From: a virus
Taxonomy: Duplodnaviria; Caudoviricetes
Virus record (IMG/VR): IMGVR_UViG_3300044738_000005
Location: 1 to 64,000 of that record
Length of the DNA: 64,000 nucleotides
Reading direction: 5' to 3' (one strand)
Shown here: positions 41,805-51,397 of the stretch, piece after piece
Layout: each line of letters starts with the position of its first letter
Numbering within the stretch: position 1 is the stretch's first letter
The notes under the pieces: model-generated
Databases searched by the model: none
Told to the model about the DNA's origin: nothing
Seen by the model: the letters and a program-made list of their open reading frames with translations, nothing else
Translations under genes and position numbers: made by a program

Positions 41805-42092
41805 TCAAAAGTACGGCTCGATGCGGCCGTCGTCGTAGACCAGACGGCACTCCCACAGGTGCGAGTCAGCAGCGATGCAGAGCCGGTCGGCCAGATCGAG
41901 CTTGATCGCTGGGTGCGGGTTCTTGTCGGTTGGCCGCGAGGCCAGCACTCGGTAGACGGTGCGCGTGGATGTGTCGGCCTTGGAGGCGATCAGCGCAACG
42001 CTGTCGCCTTCGTCCTCTGCGTCAGGCTGGACGACTCGCCGGAGGATCGTCTGTACGTCCTCCGTCAGCACCTTGGGTTCTGGTTCCGGCAT
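41805..42092 (-). CDS. HTH DNA-binding protein
   Basis: VALIASKADTSTRTVYRVL. Confidence 0.7.
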   Translation of the reverse strand: MPEPEPKVLTEDVQTILRRVVQPDAEDEGDSVALIASKADTSTRTVYRVLASRPTDKNPHPAIKLDLADRLCIAADSHLWECRLVYDDGRIEPYF

Positions 42093-42279
42093 GCTCTTCC
42101 TCTCGTAGGTTGAGCAGCGTGGGGGTGCTGATACGCGGTACTAGGACGCCTTCGAGCTTCGCCAAGAACTCCGGCGAGTGGTGCACGGGACAGTCCCAGG
42201 TCCCGACCGGGTAGGCCGGGTTGGGGTCAAACGGCGGGCACGTGCAGAGGCTCCGGCGGGCCTGCATGTTGACACTCAC
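42022..42279 (-). CDS. Possible hypothetical protein
   Basis: GTGA coupling, but overlaps the HTH gene by 70 nt. Confidence 0.4.
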   Translation of the reverse strand: MSVNMQARRSLCTCPPFDPNPAYPVGTWDCPVHHSPEFLAKLEGVLVPRISTPTLLNLREEEHAGTRTQGADGGRTDDPPASRPA

Positions 42280-42500
42280 GGGACGTGGACGGCCGCGCCC
42301 GTCAAGTCGTAGGACAGTCCGTCCTGCGACCGCTTGTAGAACTGCTCGCCGTAGATGACCCCGGGGACGAAGGTGATCGCCGTGGTGTGCGGCTTGACGG
42401 CCTCCGGGGAGACCCAGCCTGCCTGGGGGTCCTCAAGCTCGTGACCTGCGACCTCGCGCAGTCCCAGAGCCTCGACGTAGCTGCGCGTCAGGTACTTCAT
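42276..42500 (-). CDS. Hypothetical protein (74 aa, MKYLTRSY...)
   Basis: ATGA overlap. Confidence 0.7.
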   Translation of the reverse strand: MKYLTRSYVEALGLREVAGHELEDPQAGWVSPEAVKPHTTAITFVPGVIYGEQFYKRSQDGLSYDLTGAAVHVP

Positions 42501-42757
42501 CGCGGCAGCAGGAGCAGAGACTGGCCGATGATGTGCACGTCGCAATCGGCCTCGTCGGCGATGGCCAGCACGCGCTGCAGCTTGTCCGGGCCGAAGCGCC
42601 CGACGCCTAGGGGCGCGGACACCTGATAGTTCTCGGACGGCGCGATGTTCTCGTGGTAGCTGAAGCTGATGTGTGCGTCGAGCTTGGCCTCCGCGAGGGC
42701 CGTCCAGAGCGCAAGCGCGCGGGCCTTGTCCATGCGTGCTGTAGGCATCGGCTTCAC
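42497..42757 (-). CDS. Hypothetical protein
   Basis: Coupled ORF. Confidence 0.7.
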   Translation of the reverse strand: MKPMPTARMDKARALALWTALAEAKLDAHISFSYHENIAPSENYQVSAPLGVGRFGPDKLQRVLAIADEADCDVHIIGQSLLLLPR

Positions 42758-43269
42758 TCCTTGCCGGGGTTGTCGTTGCCCTTGAACGCCATGCCTTCGA
42801 CGCCCTTCGCACCGCGCGAGACCGCCAGGTAGTAGACGCCGTGGCGGATCGAGTCGTTGGCGTGACGGTTCTCGTGGAGCGGCCGGAAGAACAGCGCCTC
42901 GGCTCCGGCTGCCTCAGCCTGCCGCTTGATCTTGGCAGGCTGCAGCACGAAATCGATGCCGAGCAGGCGAGCGAAGAAGGTCAGCGCGCCGATCAAGCGG
43001 GCCGTGCGACACTGGTCCCAGTCCAGCGCGCCGGACGCGATCTCGTCCGGGTAGAGCCGCCAGTCCTCGGCCACGATCACGTCCACGCCGGGGTGGAGTA
43101 GCTCGCTGATCCAGGCGGTGTCCTCGTTGTCGATGGTCCCATGGAGCCCCGCCCACACGGCGTCGGCGAAGTGCCAGAGCTTCTCGGTGCCCGCGTCGAT
43201 CAACTGGTTACCCTCCCAGACCGAGAAGCCCGTGTCCTCGCCGGGGTCCACGCAGAGCATCCGGCCCAT
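42754..43269 (-). CDS. RuvC-like Holliday junction resolvase
   Basis: VDPGEDTG, VAE, HANDSIRH acidic triad. Confidence 0.8.
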   Translation of the reverse strand: MGRMLCVDPGEDTGFSVWEGNQLIDAGTEKLWHFADAVWAGLHGTIDNEDTAWISELLHPGVDVIVAEDWRLYPDEIASGALDWDQCRTARLIGALTFFARLLGIDFVLQPAKIKRQAEAAGAEALFFRPLHENRHANDSIRHGVYYLAVSRGAKGVEGMAFKGNDNPGKE

Positions 43270-43270
43270 G

Positions 43271-43477
43271 TCAGCCGCCTCGGCCGGTCCAGGGGAAGTG
43301 CACGTGGACCTCGTTGCCGTTCTTCACGGTCTCGAAGTTCGCACGGATCGACTCAGCCTGCTCGGCAGCCTGCTCAAGCACGTTGGCCCAGAAGGCCTGA
43401 AGCACGGCATCGGCCGTGGCGTTCTCGGTGTAGGTGATGCGCGACCGGATGGTGTTGTCGATGCTGAAGTCAGTCAT
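43271..43477 (-). CDS. Hypothetical protein
   Basis: Coupled ORF. Confidence 0.65.
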   Translation of the reverse strand: MTDFSIDNTIRSRITYTENATADAVLQAFWANVLEQAAEQAESIRANFETVKNGNEVHVHFPWTGRGG

Positions 43478-43763
43478 CGACCTTCACCTTGGAGATCACG
43501 ATGCGGTCGCGGAACTCGACGGGCAGGAACGGGTCGAGGACCTTCTTGACCTCCTGAGTGAGCGGATCACGCTCCCACTTGTAGCCGACCGGATGCGAGT
43601 CCACCTTCAGGCCCTCAGCCAGCAGGATGCGCTCGGCCATGGAGACCGAGCAGTTGACGCGCAGGCGAATCCACTGGCGCAGGTCCACGAAGGACGGCGG
43701 CGTGTTGCGCAGACCCTTGAGCAGGCGGCGCTTGCGCTTCTCTGCGATGGGACGGTGGCTCAC
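43470..43763 (-). CDS. Basic hypothetical protein
   Basis: Coupled ORF. Confidence 0.7.
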   Translation of the reverse strand: MSHRPIAEKRKRRLLKGLRNTPPSFVDLRQWIRLRVNCSVSMAERILLAEGLKVDSHPVGYKWERDPLTQEVKKVLDPFLPVEFRDRIVISKVKVDD

Positions 43764-44200
43764 TTGCCCTTGGCCTTCGGCTTGGGCTTCGCGGCGGGCT
43801 TCTCCGCCTGGGCCGGGGCGGGCGCAGCGTCCACGACCGGCGGCGATGGCGTGACGGCCGCCTCGCGGGCCTGGCGCGCGAACACGGCCTCGGGAGCCTC
43901 GGCGCGCATGCGCGTGACGGGCTTCGTGACCTGCTCGGTGGTCGTGACCAGCGGCGTCGGCTCGGGCATGTACTCAACCTCGTACTCGCGGTTGCCGACC
44001 TCGACGGGCAGCGACGACGGCGGGCCGAACACGTCGAGGGGCTGGACGACCACGGACTCGCCGTTGGAGCCCGACCACTCGCCGAGCGACGGCGTGTTGG
44101 ACGGAGACTTGCCGGTGACCTCGACGCGGTTCAGGTGCACCTTGTCCTTGTCAGTGAAGGGCACGGTGCGGCGGAGGATGGTTCCGTTCGGGTAGCTCAT
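43760..44200 (-). CDS. Hypothetical protein with an Ala/Pro/Lys tail
   Basis: TAGACT (44208-44213) 7 nt before ATG. Confidence 0.75.
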   Translation of the reverse strand: MSYPNGTILRRTVPFTDKDKVHLNRVEVTGKSPSNTPSLGEWSGSNGESVVVQPLDVFGPPSSLPVEVGNREYEVEYMPEPTPLVTTTEQVTKPVTRMRAEAPEAVFARQAREAAVTPSPPVVDAAPAPAQAEKPAAKPKPKAKGK

Positions 44201-44224
44201 GTCACGTAGTCTAGCGGATTCGCC

Positions 44225-46042
44225 CTAGCTCTGCGCCCACTTGGGCACGAACGCGGGGTCCTTGGCCTCGGACCAGCGGTCGATGATCTCGCCCTCGGCT
44301 TCAAGCGGGACCTTCTCGATGATCGCCGGGTGATCGGTCATGGCTTCCTCGATCAGGTGCTTGACCTCCTTGGCGTCCTTCTCGGACACGTGAGCCACGA
44401 TCTCGTCGTGGATCAGCGCGACGACCGGGACGCCCTGCTTGTGGAGCTTGACCAGCGCGGCCTTGAGTACGTCGGCGGCCGTGCCCTGGACGAGGTAGTT
44501 CATGTACTTGTACGCCTGCTTGCCCGGGTCGGCGCAGCGGTAACGGCGGCCGCTCGTGGCCTTCGCTGCGACGTAGCCACGGTCGTACAGCGCCCACTCA
44601 ATGCGGTTCTGCAGCCGCCGCACTTCCGGGTAGGCATCGTGATAGCGCCGGAGCATGAGCCGGGCCTCGTCCTGGCTGACGCGCTGCTGCTTGCGGATGG
44701 TGCGGATGCCGCCGCCGTAGACGATGGAGAAGTTGAACGTCTTAGCCCGCTGGCGGGCTGACTCGACCTCGCCGCCGGGCCGCTTGCGGTCGCGGATGCC
44801 GATGAACTCGGCCGTCATCTTGTGCAGGTCCTTGCCCTCGCGCACGGCGTTGAGAATCTCGCCCTGGCCAGCGTAGAAGGCGAAGATTCGCATTTCGACG
44901 TTGGAGAGGTCGCACGCCACGAGCTTGTGGCCGGGCTCGGCTCGGAAGTTGTAGCGCAGGCGCAGATCGTCGCGGGGCTGGTTCTGCATGTTGGGGTCCG
45001 AGCACGACATGCGGCCCGTGCGCGCCCCGACCTGGCGGTAGTTCGCGTGCACGCGGCCGTCCGGGCTGATGTAGGGCATCTTCCACGCGCGGATACCGGT
45101 CTCGTAGCTGCGCGAGATCATCGGCTCGATGTACGTGCTCATGGCCTTGTACTCCGAGCGGAAGCGCAGGATCGCCTGGGCCAGCGGGTGCTCGACGGTG
45201 GCCAGGTTCTCGGCGTCCATCGACTCGTTGGTGACGAACCGCAGGTCCGCGCCCTGGCGCTTCAGCGCCTCGTAAATCTGCTTGGACGACTTCGGGTTGA
45301 ACTCGTACTCGATGGCGGTCGGGTCCTCGATGCCCTGGGCGGCGAGCTTCTCCGCTTCCTCTTCCAGGCGCTCGATGTTCTCCGTGACCTCGTGCAGGAG
45401 CATGCGGTAGCCAAGCTCGTCAGCAGGGAAGCCTCGACGCTCGACGGCGAACAGCGCCGCGAGCACTTCACGCTCGAAGTCCACGACGCCCTTCAGGTCA
45501 GGCGTGGAGGCGATGATCGGGTCGTAGACCTCGCCGATGCGGCGCGTCAACGACACGTCCTCAAGCCCGTAGGGGATCATCAGGTTGTGCGGCACGTCGG
45601 CGTAGTTGGGCTCGATCAGTTCAGTCCCGGCCTCCTTGGCGGCCTTCGCTCGGAGGCGGCGCTCGCCGGAGAGCCAGGCCTTGACCTGCTTCTGCAGGTC
45701 GTCGGAGCCTTCACCGAGGACCTCGTTGGCGACGGACTTCAGCGCCATCGACCGGCGCTCGTCAATCGCGTGCGCGACGATCATGCCGTCGTGCCACTTG
45801 GACTCGTCCGGCAGCTTGAAGCCGTGGTTGAGCCCGAAGTGCAGATCGAACTTGGAGTTCCACGCCCGGATGCCGTCCGGGTCGTCCTGCGCGCGGTCGA
45901 ACCACGTCTGGACCTGCTCCTTCCAGCCGCGCTCGCCGACCACGATGGCTTCGTTGGAGCCGTCCGGGGCCTCGAACTGGTACAGGAAGGCGTTGTGGTA
46001 GGGCCACTGAAGCCCGTCAGTCTCTACGTCGTACTCGATCAT
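44225..46042 (-). CDS. polA: Family A DNA polymerase with 3'-5' exonuclease
   Basis: DVETDG, NSKFD, YGLED exonuclease motifs; CDLSNVEMR, RAKTFNFSIVYG, IHDE. Confidence 0.96.
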   Translation of the reverse strand: MIEYDVETDGLQWPYHNAFLYQFEAPDGSNEAIVVGERGWKEQVQTWFDRAQDDPDGIRAWNSKFDLHFGLNHGFKLPDESKWHDGMIVAHAIDERRSMALKSVANEVLGEGSDDLQKQVKAWLSGERRLRAKAAKEAGTELIEPNYADVPHNLMIPYGLEDVSLTRRIGEVYDPIIASTPDLKGVVDFEREVLAALFAVERRGFPADELGYRMLLHEVTENIERLEEEAEKLAAQGIEDPTAIEYEFNPKSSKQIYEALKRQGADLRFVTNESMDAENLATVEHPLAQAILRFRSEYKAMSTYIEPMISRSYETGIRAWKMPYISPDGRVHANYRQVGARTGRMSCSDPNMQNQPRDDLRLRYNFRAEPGHKLVACDLSNVEMRIFAFYAGQGEILNAVREGKDLHKMTAEFIGIRDRKRPGGEVESARQRAKTFNFSIVYGGGIRTIRKQQRVSQDEARLMLRRYHDAYPEVRRLQNRIEWALYDRGYVAAKATSGRRYRCADPGKQAYKYMNYLVQGTAADVLKAALVKLHKQGVPVVALIHDEIVAHVSEKDAKEVKHLIEEAMTDHPAIIEKVPLEAEGEIIDRWSEAKDPAFVPKWAQS

Positions 46043-46686
46043 GTGGGGGTCCTTTCGACTGGGGCGATCTTGAACTCTAGCAGCAGGTTCGTGGTCAGCC
46101 GGAACCACTCCTGCAGCACGTTCTGGTCGGCGTACTTGGCGTGCAACGCGGCCTCGTCGGCGGGCGTGCCCTTGATCTTGCCCAGCAGCTTGAGCCTGCG
46201 GCCGTTTCCCGTCTGAAGCTCGGCTACACGAGCCTCGGGGTTGGTCGAGTAGCCGATCTTGGCGATGTTGCCGCCGTTGAGCCCAGGCGGGCCGTACTCT
46301 TCCTCGCCGATCAGGTAGACGTAGCCTTGGCGACCCTCCTGCTGACCACGAGCATCCCGCAGGACGCCCAGGGCGGCCTGGACCTCAGGATCGTCCTTGA
46401 TCGGATCGCGCCTGGCCTTGTGCCCGGCTGACTTGAGCACCTTACCCAGCTTGACCAGCCGCTTGCCGCCGCCGTTGTACCAGTCGCAGAAGTCCTGCGC
46501 GGCCTCGCGGGCAGTAGCGCGCCAGCGACCAACGGGCTCCATCCCCGGACGACCATCACGTCGCGTGATCTGCGCGCGGTAAGGCTTGCTCCTTGGAGCA
46601 CCGCTAGGCGTCTTGGTGCGGTCGTAGTTCACGCGGTCGTAGCCGGACTTGAGCGCAGGGTTGCGGAGATCGTCGGGCGTGATCAC
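46039..46686 (-). CDS. AP2-like domain plus T5orf172/GIY-YIG-like endonuclease domain
   Basis: YRAQI...AREAA; GYVYLI, KIGYS.NP..RV..LQTG, EWF. Confidence 0.75.
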   Translation of the reverse strand: MITPDDLRNPALKSGYDRVNYDRTKTPSGAPRSKPYRAQITRRDGRPGMEPVGRWRATAREAAQDFCDWYNGGGKRLVKLGKVLKSAGHKARRDPIKDDPEVQAALGVLRDARGQQEGRQGYVYLIGEEEYGPPGLNGGNIAKIGYSTNPEARVAELQTGNGRRLKLLGKIKGTPADEAALHAKYADQNVLQEWFRLTTNLLLEFKIAPVERTPT

Positions 46687-47360
46687 GACTGGAAGGCCTC
46701 CACGACGCGCTTGCGGAACTCGTACAAGTCGCAGTTGTTGTAGACGCGTTGGTCGATGTAATCCTCAGGCAAGCCGTGCTCGGACACGTGGGCATCTGCC
46801 GGCAACTCCCCCAGGCGCGCGTCCGCGTCGATGTGCCAGTTCTCGCCGCCGAGCGCACGGATGCGCTGGGCCTCGTTCTCGAAGCGGACATCGGTGATGA
46901 CCACTACGTCGGCGTCAGGGAACCGCTGCTCCAAGGCGTAGGCGTTCATCGGGTGCGGTGCTCCTGCAGGCCGAGCAAGCGTGCCGCCGTCCAACGCAGG
47001 CTTGGGCAGCAGCGCGTCGATCCAGAAGGAATCGCCGAACACGTCGCGGTGCGCCTCGGTGCCGTACCGCTGCAGGAACGCGCGGCCGCTGATGTGGATG
47101 CCGCGCCGGGTCCCGGCCGCTGCGGGCCGATCATAGGCGGTGTCCACGCAGCCGGTGTCCTTGATCATGTTGCAGAGTTCCACGGCATCCTCGACCGTCT
47201 TGGGGTCGTAGCCGAGAGCGCGAGCGGCCGACAGCTTGAGCTTGTCGGCGAAGGCCACACGCTGTGCGACCTTCTCCTGCGCCTGCGCGGCGTTACGGAT
47301 CACGTCGAACGCCGTGTCCTTACCGCTGCCTGCGCGTCCGTTGAGTCCAATGAGTCGCAT
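46683..47360 (-). CDS. Deoxynucleoside monophosphate kinase
   Basis: IGLNGRAGSGKDT, FADKLK, LQRYGTE, VITDVRFENE. Confidence 0.92.
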   Translation of the reverse strand: MRLIGLNGRAGSGKDTAFDVIRNAAQAQEKVAQRVAFADKLKLSAARALGYDPKTVEDAVELCNMIKDTGCVDTAYDRPAAAGTRRGIHISGRAFLQRYGTEAHRDVFGDSFWIDALLPKPALDGGTLARPAGAPHPMNAYALEQRFPDADVVVITDVRFENEAQRIRALGGENWHIDADARLGELPADAHVSEHGLPEDYIDQRVYNNCDLYEFRKRVVEAFQS

Positions 47361-47374
47361 ATGGGGGTCCTTTC

Positions 47375-47992
47375 CTAGCGGGTGAGTTCGCGGTGCCGCG
47401 ACGTGAACATGCTCGCCGCGCGGATGGGCGGCAGTCCTCCGCACCAGTAGCTCGGGGTGACGATGCGCTTGGGCTGGTTACCCAGGCCCCAAGTATCAGC
47501 ACCCTGATCGCCCTTGAACCAGTGTAGGCCCTTGGACGGGAGCAGATGCCGAGCCTCCACGAAGAGCGCGAAGTTGTCGGCGTCCTTGATCTCGGAGAAG
47601 TGGAACGTCGGCGTCCGCACGTCGTACTCGTGGAGCTTCAGCCCGTCCACGATGGCGGTGTCCATGCGGTTCGTCAGTCGCTCGTAGGCCTTGCCGAGCA
47701 GAGGCTTCATCGGGCGAGGGATGTCGCCCAGGTAGGCCTCCGCGTCGTCGTGGTGGAGCCCAGCCAACTGCAGCCAGCGCGGGAAGCCCTTGGCTTCCAG
47801 GCGGCGGCTGACGAACACCGCATGCTCGGCCACGCTGTAGAAGGTGCGACAGTGGCCGCCGTAGCGGCACGTCTGCGACAGCGCGTGAGCGATGTCCTGC
47901 AGGTTGATCGTGCCCGGGTCGGGCCGCTCCGTGTTGACGTAGAGCCCGGAGTAGGTCTCGACCTCGTGCGCGGTGGGGATGTGCTCAGTCAT
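47375..47992 (-). CDS. HD-domain phosphohydrolase (YfbR-like 5'-deoxynucleotidase)
   Basis: IAHALS..CRYGGH, YSVAEH, HDDAEAYLGD. Confidence 0.9.
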   Translation of the reverse strand: MTEHIPTAHEVETYSGLYVNTERPDPGTINLQDIAHALSQTCRYGGHCRTFYSVAEHAVFVSRRLEAKGFPRWLQLAGLHHDDAEAYLGDIPRPMKPLLGKAYERLTNRMDTAIVDGLKLHEYDVRTPTFHFSEIKDADNFALFVEARHLLPSKGLHWFKGDQGADTWGLGNQPKRIVTPSYWCGGLPPIRAASMFTSRHRELTR

Positions 47993-48203
47993 CGTCACTC
48001 CTGTTCGGGCAGAGGGCCTCGCCGTCCGGGTAGGGACACCGCGCATGCCGACCGCACACGCATCGCTGGGGTTCCTCGGCCGCCGCCCGGGACTCCCATC
48101 CCCGCCTGGCGGTCGCAGAGAGGGAGCCCCAGGTCGGCACCGGGATGTCGTAGCCGAGCATTTCATCCCGGTGCCATTCGTAGAGCTTCTGGCCGGGCGT
48201 CAT
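47985..48203 (-). CDS. Small Cys-containing hypothetical protein
   Basis: TGATG coupling. Confidence 0.6.
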   Translation of the reverse strand: MTPGQKLYEWHRDEMLGYDIPVPTWGSLSATARRGWESRAAAEEPQRCVCGRHARCPYPDGEALCPNRSDDD

Positions 48204-49405
48204 CAGAAGTCCGCTCCACCGACGCCGGGGGCCTCGGGATCGTCGCCGCCGCCCGTGTTGAGGCGGTAGCGGAAGCCGGTCGAGCCATTGCCCGTGTGCA
48301 CGGACGCCATGCGGACGATCTTCTCGCTCTCCACGAGGTCCTTGAGGGTCTTGCGCAGCGTGTGCTCCTTCTCGTTGGTGAGCAGGATCAAGTCGCCGAC
48401 CGTCAACGGCTCGTCGGACTTGGCAAGCTCCGTGAGGATGCCCTGCTCGATGGCGTCGAGCGGGACGTGCTTGTACCACCACGCGCCGTGCTGCCAGGAC
48501 ATGCGGACGGGCAGGATCGCGTGGCCGCCGCCGTAGCGGACCTTCGACCACGACAACTCGCGGAAGTCGCCGCCCTTGGCGACCTCGAAGTTCTCCATCG
48601 TGGCCACGACGCCTTCGAGCACGGTCGAGCCGCGCCCGGCCGACATCTTCTCGCCGTCCTCTCCCGCCCCGGACTTGCGCTCGTGGTGGGTGAGGATCAC
48701 GCCGCAGTCGTAGTCGGTGGCGATACCCGACAGGGCGTCGGCGACGTTGGCCATGTCGGTCGCGGAGTTCTCTTCGCCGCGCCAGAGGCCACGGAAGGGC
48801 TCCACGAACACGATGTCGGGCTCGTGCTTCTCGATGCCGGAGCGTACGAGGGATAGCAAGCTCTCGTCGTCCAGCTTCAGGCCGGAGTAGCCGCCGTCGC
48901 CCCAGATCAGGAGGTTCTGCTCCACGAGGAAGCGGTCCTCTTCGGTGAGGTAGCCCTCGGCGTTGAGCATGATGCCGACCTGGCGGTGGAACATGCCCGG
49001 CGCGCCCTCGTTCTCGATGATCAGGGTCTTGAGCGGCTTGCCGTCCGGCGGCGCGAGGATCGGGGTGCCGTCCGCCGTGAAGAGGCCCTCGAACATCGGG
49101 CGGCCGCAGGCCCACTTCATCATGCGGTTGAGGTTCATCTGCGTCTTGCCCTTGCCCGCGCGGCCGATGGTGCAGGCGATGCCGCCGCGCACCACGAGCG
49201 CAGGCTCGACCAGCACCGGCGGCACGGGAATCTCGGTGGCCAGGTACTCGGCCAGCGTGGAGATCGGCGCGTCAAGCTGCTCGGGCGTGACCTCCTGAGC
49301 CGCTAGCAGGTTCACGCGCTTGATCAGGCCAGCGCGTGCCGCCGGATCGTCCTCGGCGGCAAGCAGGGCCGCGAAGTCCTTGAGGGTCTGGGTACGATCA
49401 GCCAC
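48203..49405 (-). CDS. RecA-fold AAA (RepA/DnaB-like) replicative helicase
   Basis: GRAGKGKT, ENEG, VFVEP, LTHHERK, GRGST. Confidence 0.85.
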   Translation of the reverse strand: MADRTQTLKDFAALLAAEDDPAARAGLIKRVNLLAAQEVTPEQLDAPISTLAEYLATEIPVPPVLVEPALVVRGGIACTIGRAGKGKTQMNLNRMMKWACGRPMFEGLFTADGTPILAPPDGKPLKTLIIENEGAPGMFHRQVGIMLNAEGYLTEEDRFLVEQNLLIWGDGGYSGLKLDDESLLSLVRSGIEKHEPDIVFVEPFRGLWRGEENSATDMANVADALSGIATDYDCGVILTHHERKSGAGEDGEKMSAGRGSTVLEGVVATMENFEVAKGGDFRELSWSKVRYGGGHAILPVRMSWQHGAWWYKHVPLDAIEQGILTELAKSDEPLTVGDLILLTNEKEHTLRKTLKDLVESEKIVRMASVHTGNGSTGFRYRLNTGGGDDPEAPGVGGADF

Positions 49406-49793
49406 GCCGGATCACCCTCCACTTCATGCGGTCTGCGGGGATGCGGCCGTGGTTCCAGTTGGTCGGCGTCACAGCGCAGCCGTCGTCCCACTCGGACTGC
49501 CAGTAGGAGTCGGGGTCGCTGTCGTCGGAGTAGGCCTCGACGGGCACGAAGAACAGCGGCTCGACGGTCATCGGGTGGCCATAGTCGGCTTCGTTCGTGA
49601 ACCAGTAGACGACCCACGCGAGCACGGGGCACTCGAAGGTGCCGGGGTCGCTGGGGAACTTGACCTCGGCGACGTACCGCTCGCCGTTGGCGAGAGGGAG
49701 AAGCTCCTGGCGGAACTCTTCAGGCTGCTGGGTCTCGGCGTCCACGTTGACGTGAACGTTCACCGGAAGGTCGATGGAGCCTGTGACAGCCAT
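49398..49793 (-). CDS. Hypothetical protein
   Basis: Coupled ORF. Confidence 0.7.
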   Translation of the reverse strand: MAVTGSIDLPVNVHVNVDAETQQPEEFRQELLPLANGERYVAEVKFPSDPGTFECPVLAWVVYWFTNEADYGHPMTVEPLFFVPVEAYSDDSDPDSYWQSEWDDGCAVTPTNWNHGRIPADRMKWRVIRRG

Positions 49794-50251
49794 CAGCGCC
49801 TCCCCTCTTCGCGGCGGATGAAGTCCTCGACGGTGGCCGGGTCAAGCTTGACCACGTTCTTGACGTGCTGGATGCGCTTCGTCTTGCCGATGACCCGGCG
49901 ACGGCTCTTCGTGCGAGGCCTGCGGCCCCACTCATGGCGCTCGTGGTCGATGTTGTCGGACCACGGCACGCTCGCCTTGGGGTCGTCCTCGTACACCCAG
50001 GTCACGTCGCCGGTCGAGTGGACGGGCTCCAAGATCAACTGGTAGCCCTCGGCGTCGCGCTGCTCGCAGTCCTCCGTGCGGCCGTAGCTGCCGGGCTTCT
50101 CGCGGAAGAAGCGGATGCGGTCGATCTTGGCCACGCAGAGCGCGGCCGACCGGCCCCAGGTGGTGCCCCAGGCAACGAAGTCGCCCTCGGCAATCGGGAA
50201 GCCCAGGAGGTCCGTCACGGGAGCCTGCGGGTCGTAGTTCAGGTTGGGCAT
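49793..50251 (-). CDS. Hypothetical protein (SH3-like; D..G.PI..GD.V)
   Basis: GGAGG RBS. Confidence 0.7.
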   Translation of the reverse strand: MPNLNYDPQAPVTDLLGFPIAEGDFVAWGTTWGRSAALCVAKIDRIRFFREKPGSYGRTEDCEQRDAEGYQLILEPVHSTGDVTWVYEDDPKASVPWSDNIDHERHEWGRRPRTKSRRRVIGKTKRIQHVKNVVKLDPATVEDFIRREEGRR

Positions 50252-50255
50252 GTCA

Positions 50256-51233
50256 TTACCTCCGGGCGATGGGACAGTCAGGGTGAGCGTAGGGCGCGAA
50301 CAACGGGTCGTCACATCCGGTGGACGTGAACTGGCCGCGCTCGGCGTTGAAGTAGATGCGGCGAAGCTCGGACTCCGAGATCGGGTCAGGGCTCGCGTCG
50401 TTGACGAGGGCCATCATCTGCAGCGCCTCGTCGGAGTCGTACATGGAGCAATTGGCGAACTGCTTGGCCAGGCAGAAGTAGACCACCGCGCGATGGCCTT
50501 CGACCACGGGGTTGCTATCGCGGTTCTCGATGACGTGCTCGGCGCACATGTGCAGGTAGGGCTGCTCGCCGTGCGGCAGGCCCTCGCGGCGGCCCTCTCG
50601 CTCGTCCGGCGACGGGATGCCCAGCCATCGGGCGCGCTTGCGCCAGTCGTCGGCGTCGTTGAGGGTCTCTTCGGCCTGACTGACGAAGGCCGCCAGGTCA
50701 AGCGGGTAGTCGAGGTTGGTCTTGCCGTGCCAGTTCTCGTAGATCAGTCGCTCGTCGCCGAAGTAGGGCAGGTTGATGTAGTTCCCGAACATGCCCGCGC
50801 GGAGGCGGTCCTGCTTGGGGAACACTTCGACCTTGGGGAGCCCGATGGCAGCCGTGGCCTCGCGCAGGATGCCGCGCGGGACCCAGGCCTCGATGCCGTC
50901 CGGGTCGCCGAAGAACACCCACACGTGCGCGTTGCCGCTGCGCGACTTCTCGACCCAGGCCTTGCCGGGTAGCAGGCCCGCCATCGTGTCGGCGGCCTCG
51001 AAGTCCGGCATGTCGAGGTCGATGGCCGCGAAGTGCACGCGGCCGTCGTCCTTGAGCGGAGCGATGCCGAGGCCGGGTCCACGGCCCGCCAGATGCTCGG
51101 CGTAGTGGCCGAACGTGACGGGCTCGTGGACCCAGGAACCCTTGCCCGTCCCGTAGGAGCGGTCGAGGCCCTTGAACAGCGCCGCGAAGCGCGCCGTGTG
51201 CGGGTTCGTGAAGGGGGCGATGTGGTCGCCCAT
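50256..51233 (-). CDS. Archaeo-eukaryotic-type primase/polymerase with a Cys-containing C-terminal domain
   Basis: AAIDLD, EKSRSGNAHVW, FPKQ, GNYINLPYFG. Confidence 0.85.
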   Translation of the reverse strand: MGDHIAPFTNPHTARFAALFKGLDRSYGTGKGSWVHEPVTFGHYAEHLAGRGPGLGIAPLKDDGRVHFAAIDLDMPDFEAADTMAGLLPGKAWVEKSRSGNAHVWVFFGDPDGIEAWVPRGILREATAAIGLPKVEVFPKQDRLRAGMFGNYINLPYFGDERLIYENWHGKTNLDYPLDLAAFVSQAEETLNDADDWRKRARWLGIPSPDEREGRREGLPHGEQPYLHMCAEHVIENRDSNPVVEGHRAVVYFCLAKQFANCSMYDSDEALQMMALVNDASPDPISESELRRIYFNAERGQFTSTGCDDPLFAPYAHPDCPIARR

Positions 51234-51397
51234 CAGACCACGGCCTCGTAGAGGTACCCAGCGTCCACGCCGAGGGCCAGCGCGGCCGAGAGGATGACGA
51301 CGATGGAGAAGGTTGGAACCTCGTCGCGCAACTGCGGCGCGGCCGACAGAACGAAGCCCGCGTAGAAGGCGAGTACGCCGAAGATCACGGAGGTCAT
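51233..51397 (-). CDS. 54-aa two-TM membrane protein
   Basis: ATGA and TGATG overlaps; hydrophobic. Confidence 0.65.
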   Translation of the reverse strand: MTSVIFGVLAFYAGFVLSAAPQLRDEVPTFSIVVILSAALALGVDAGYLYEAVV

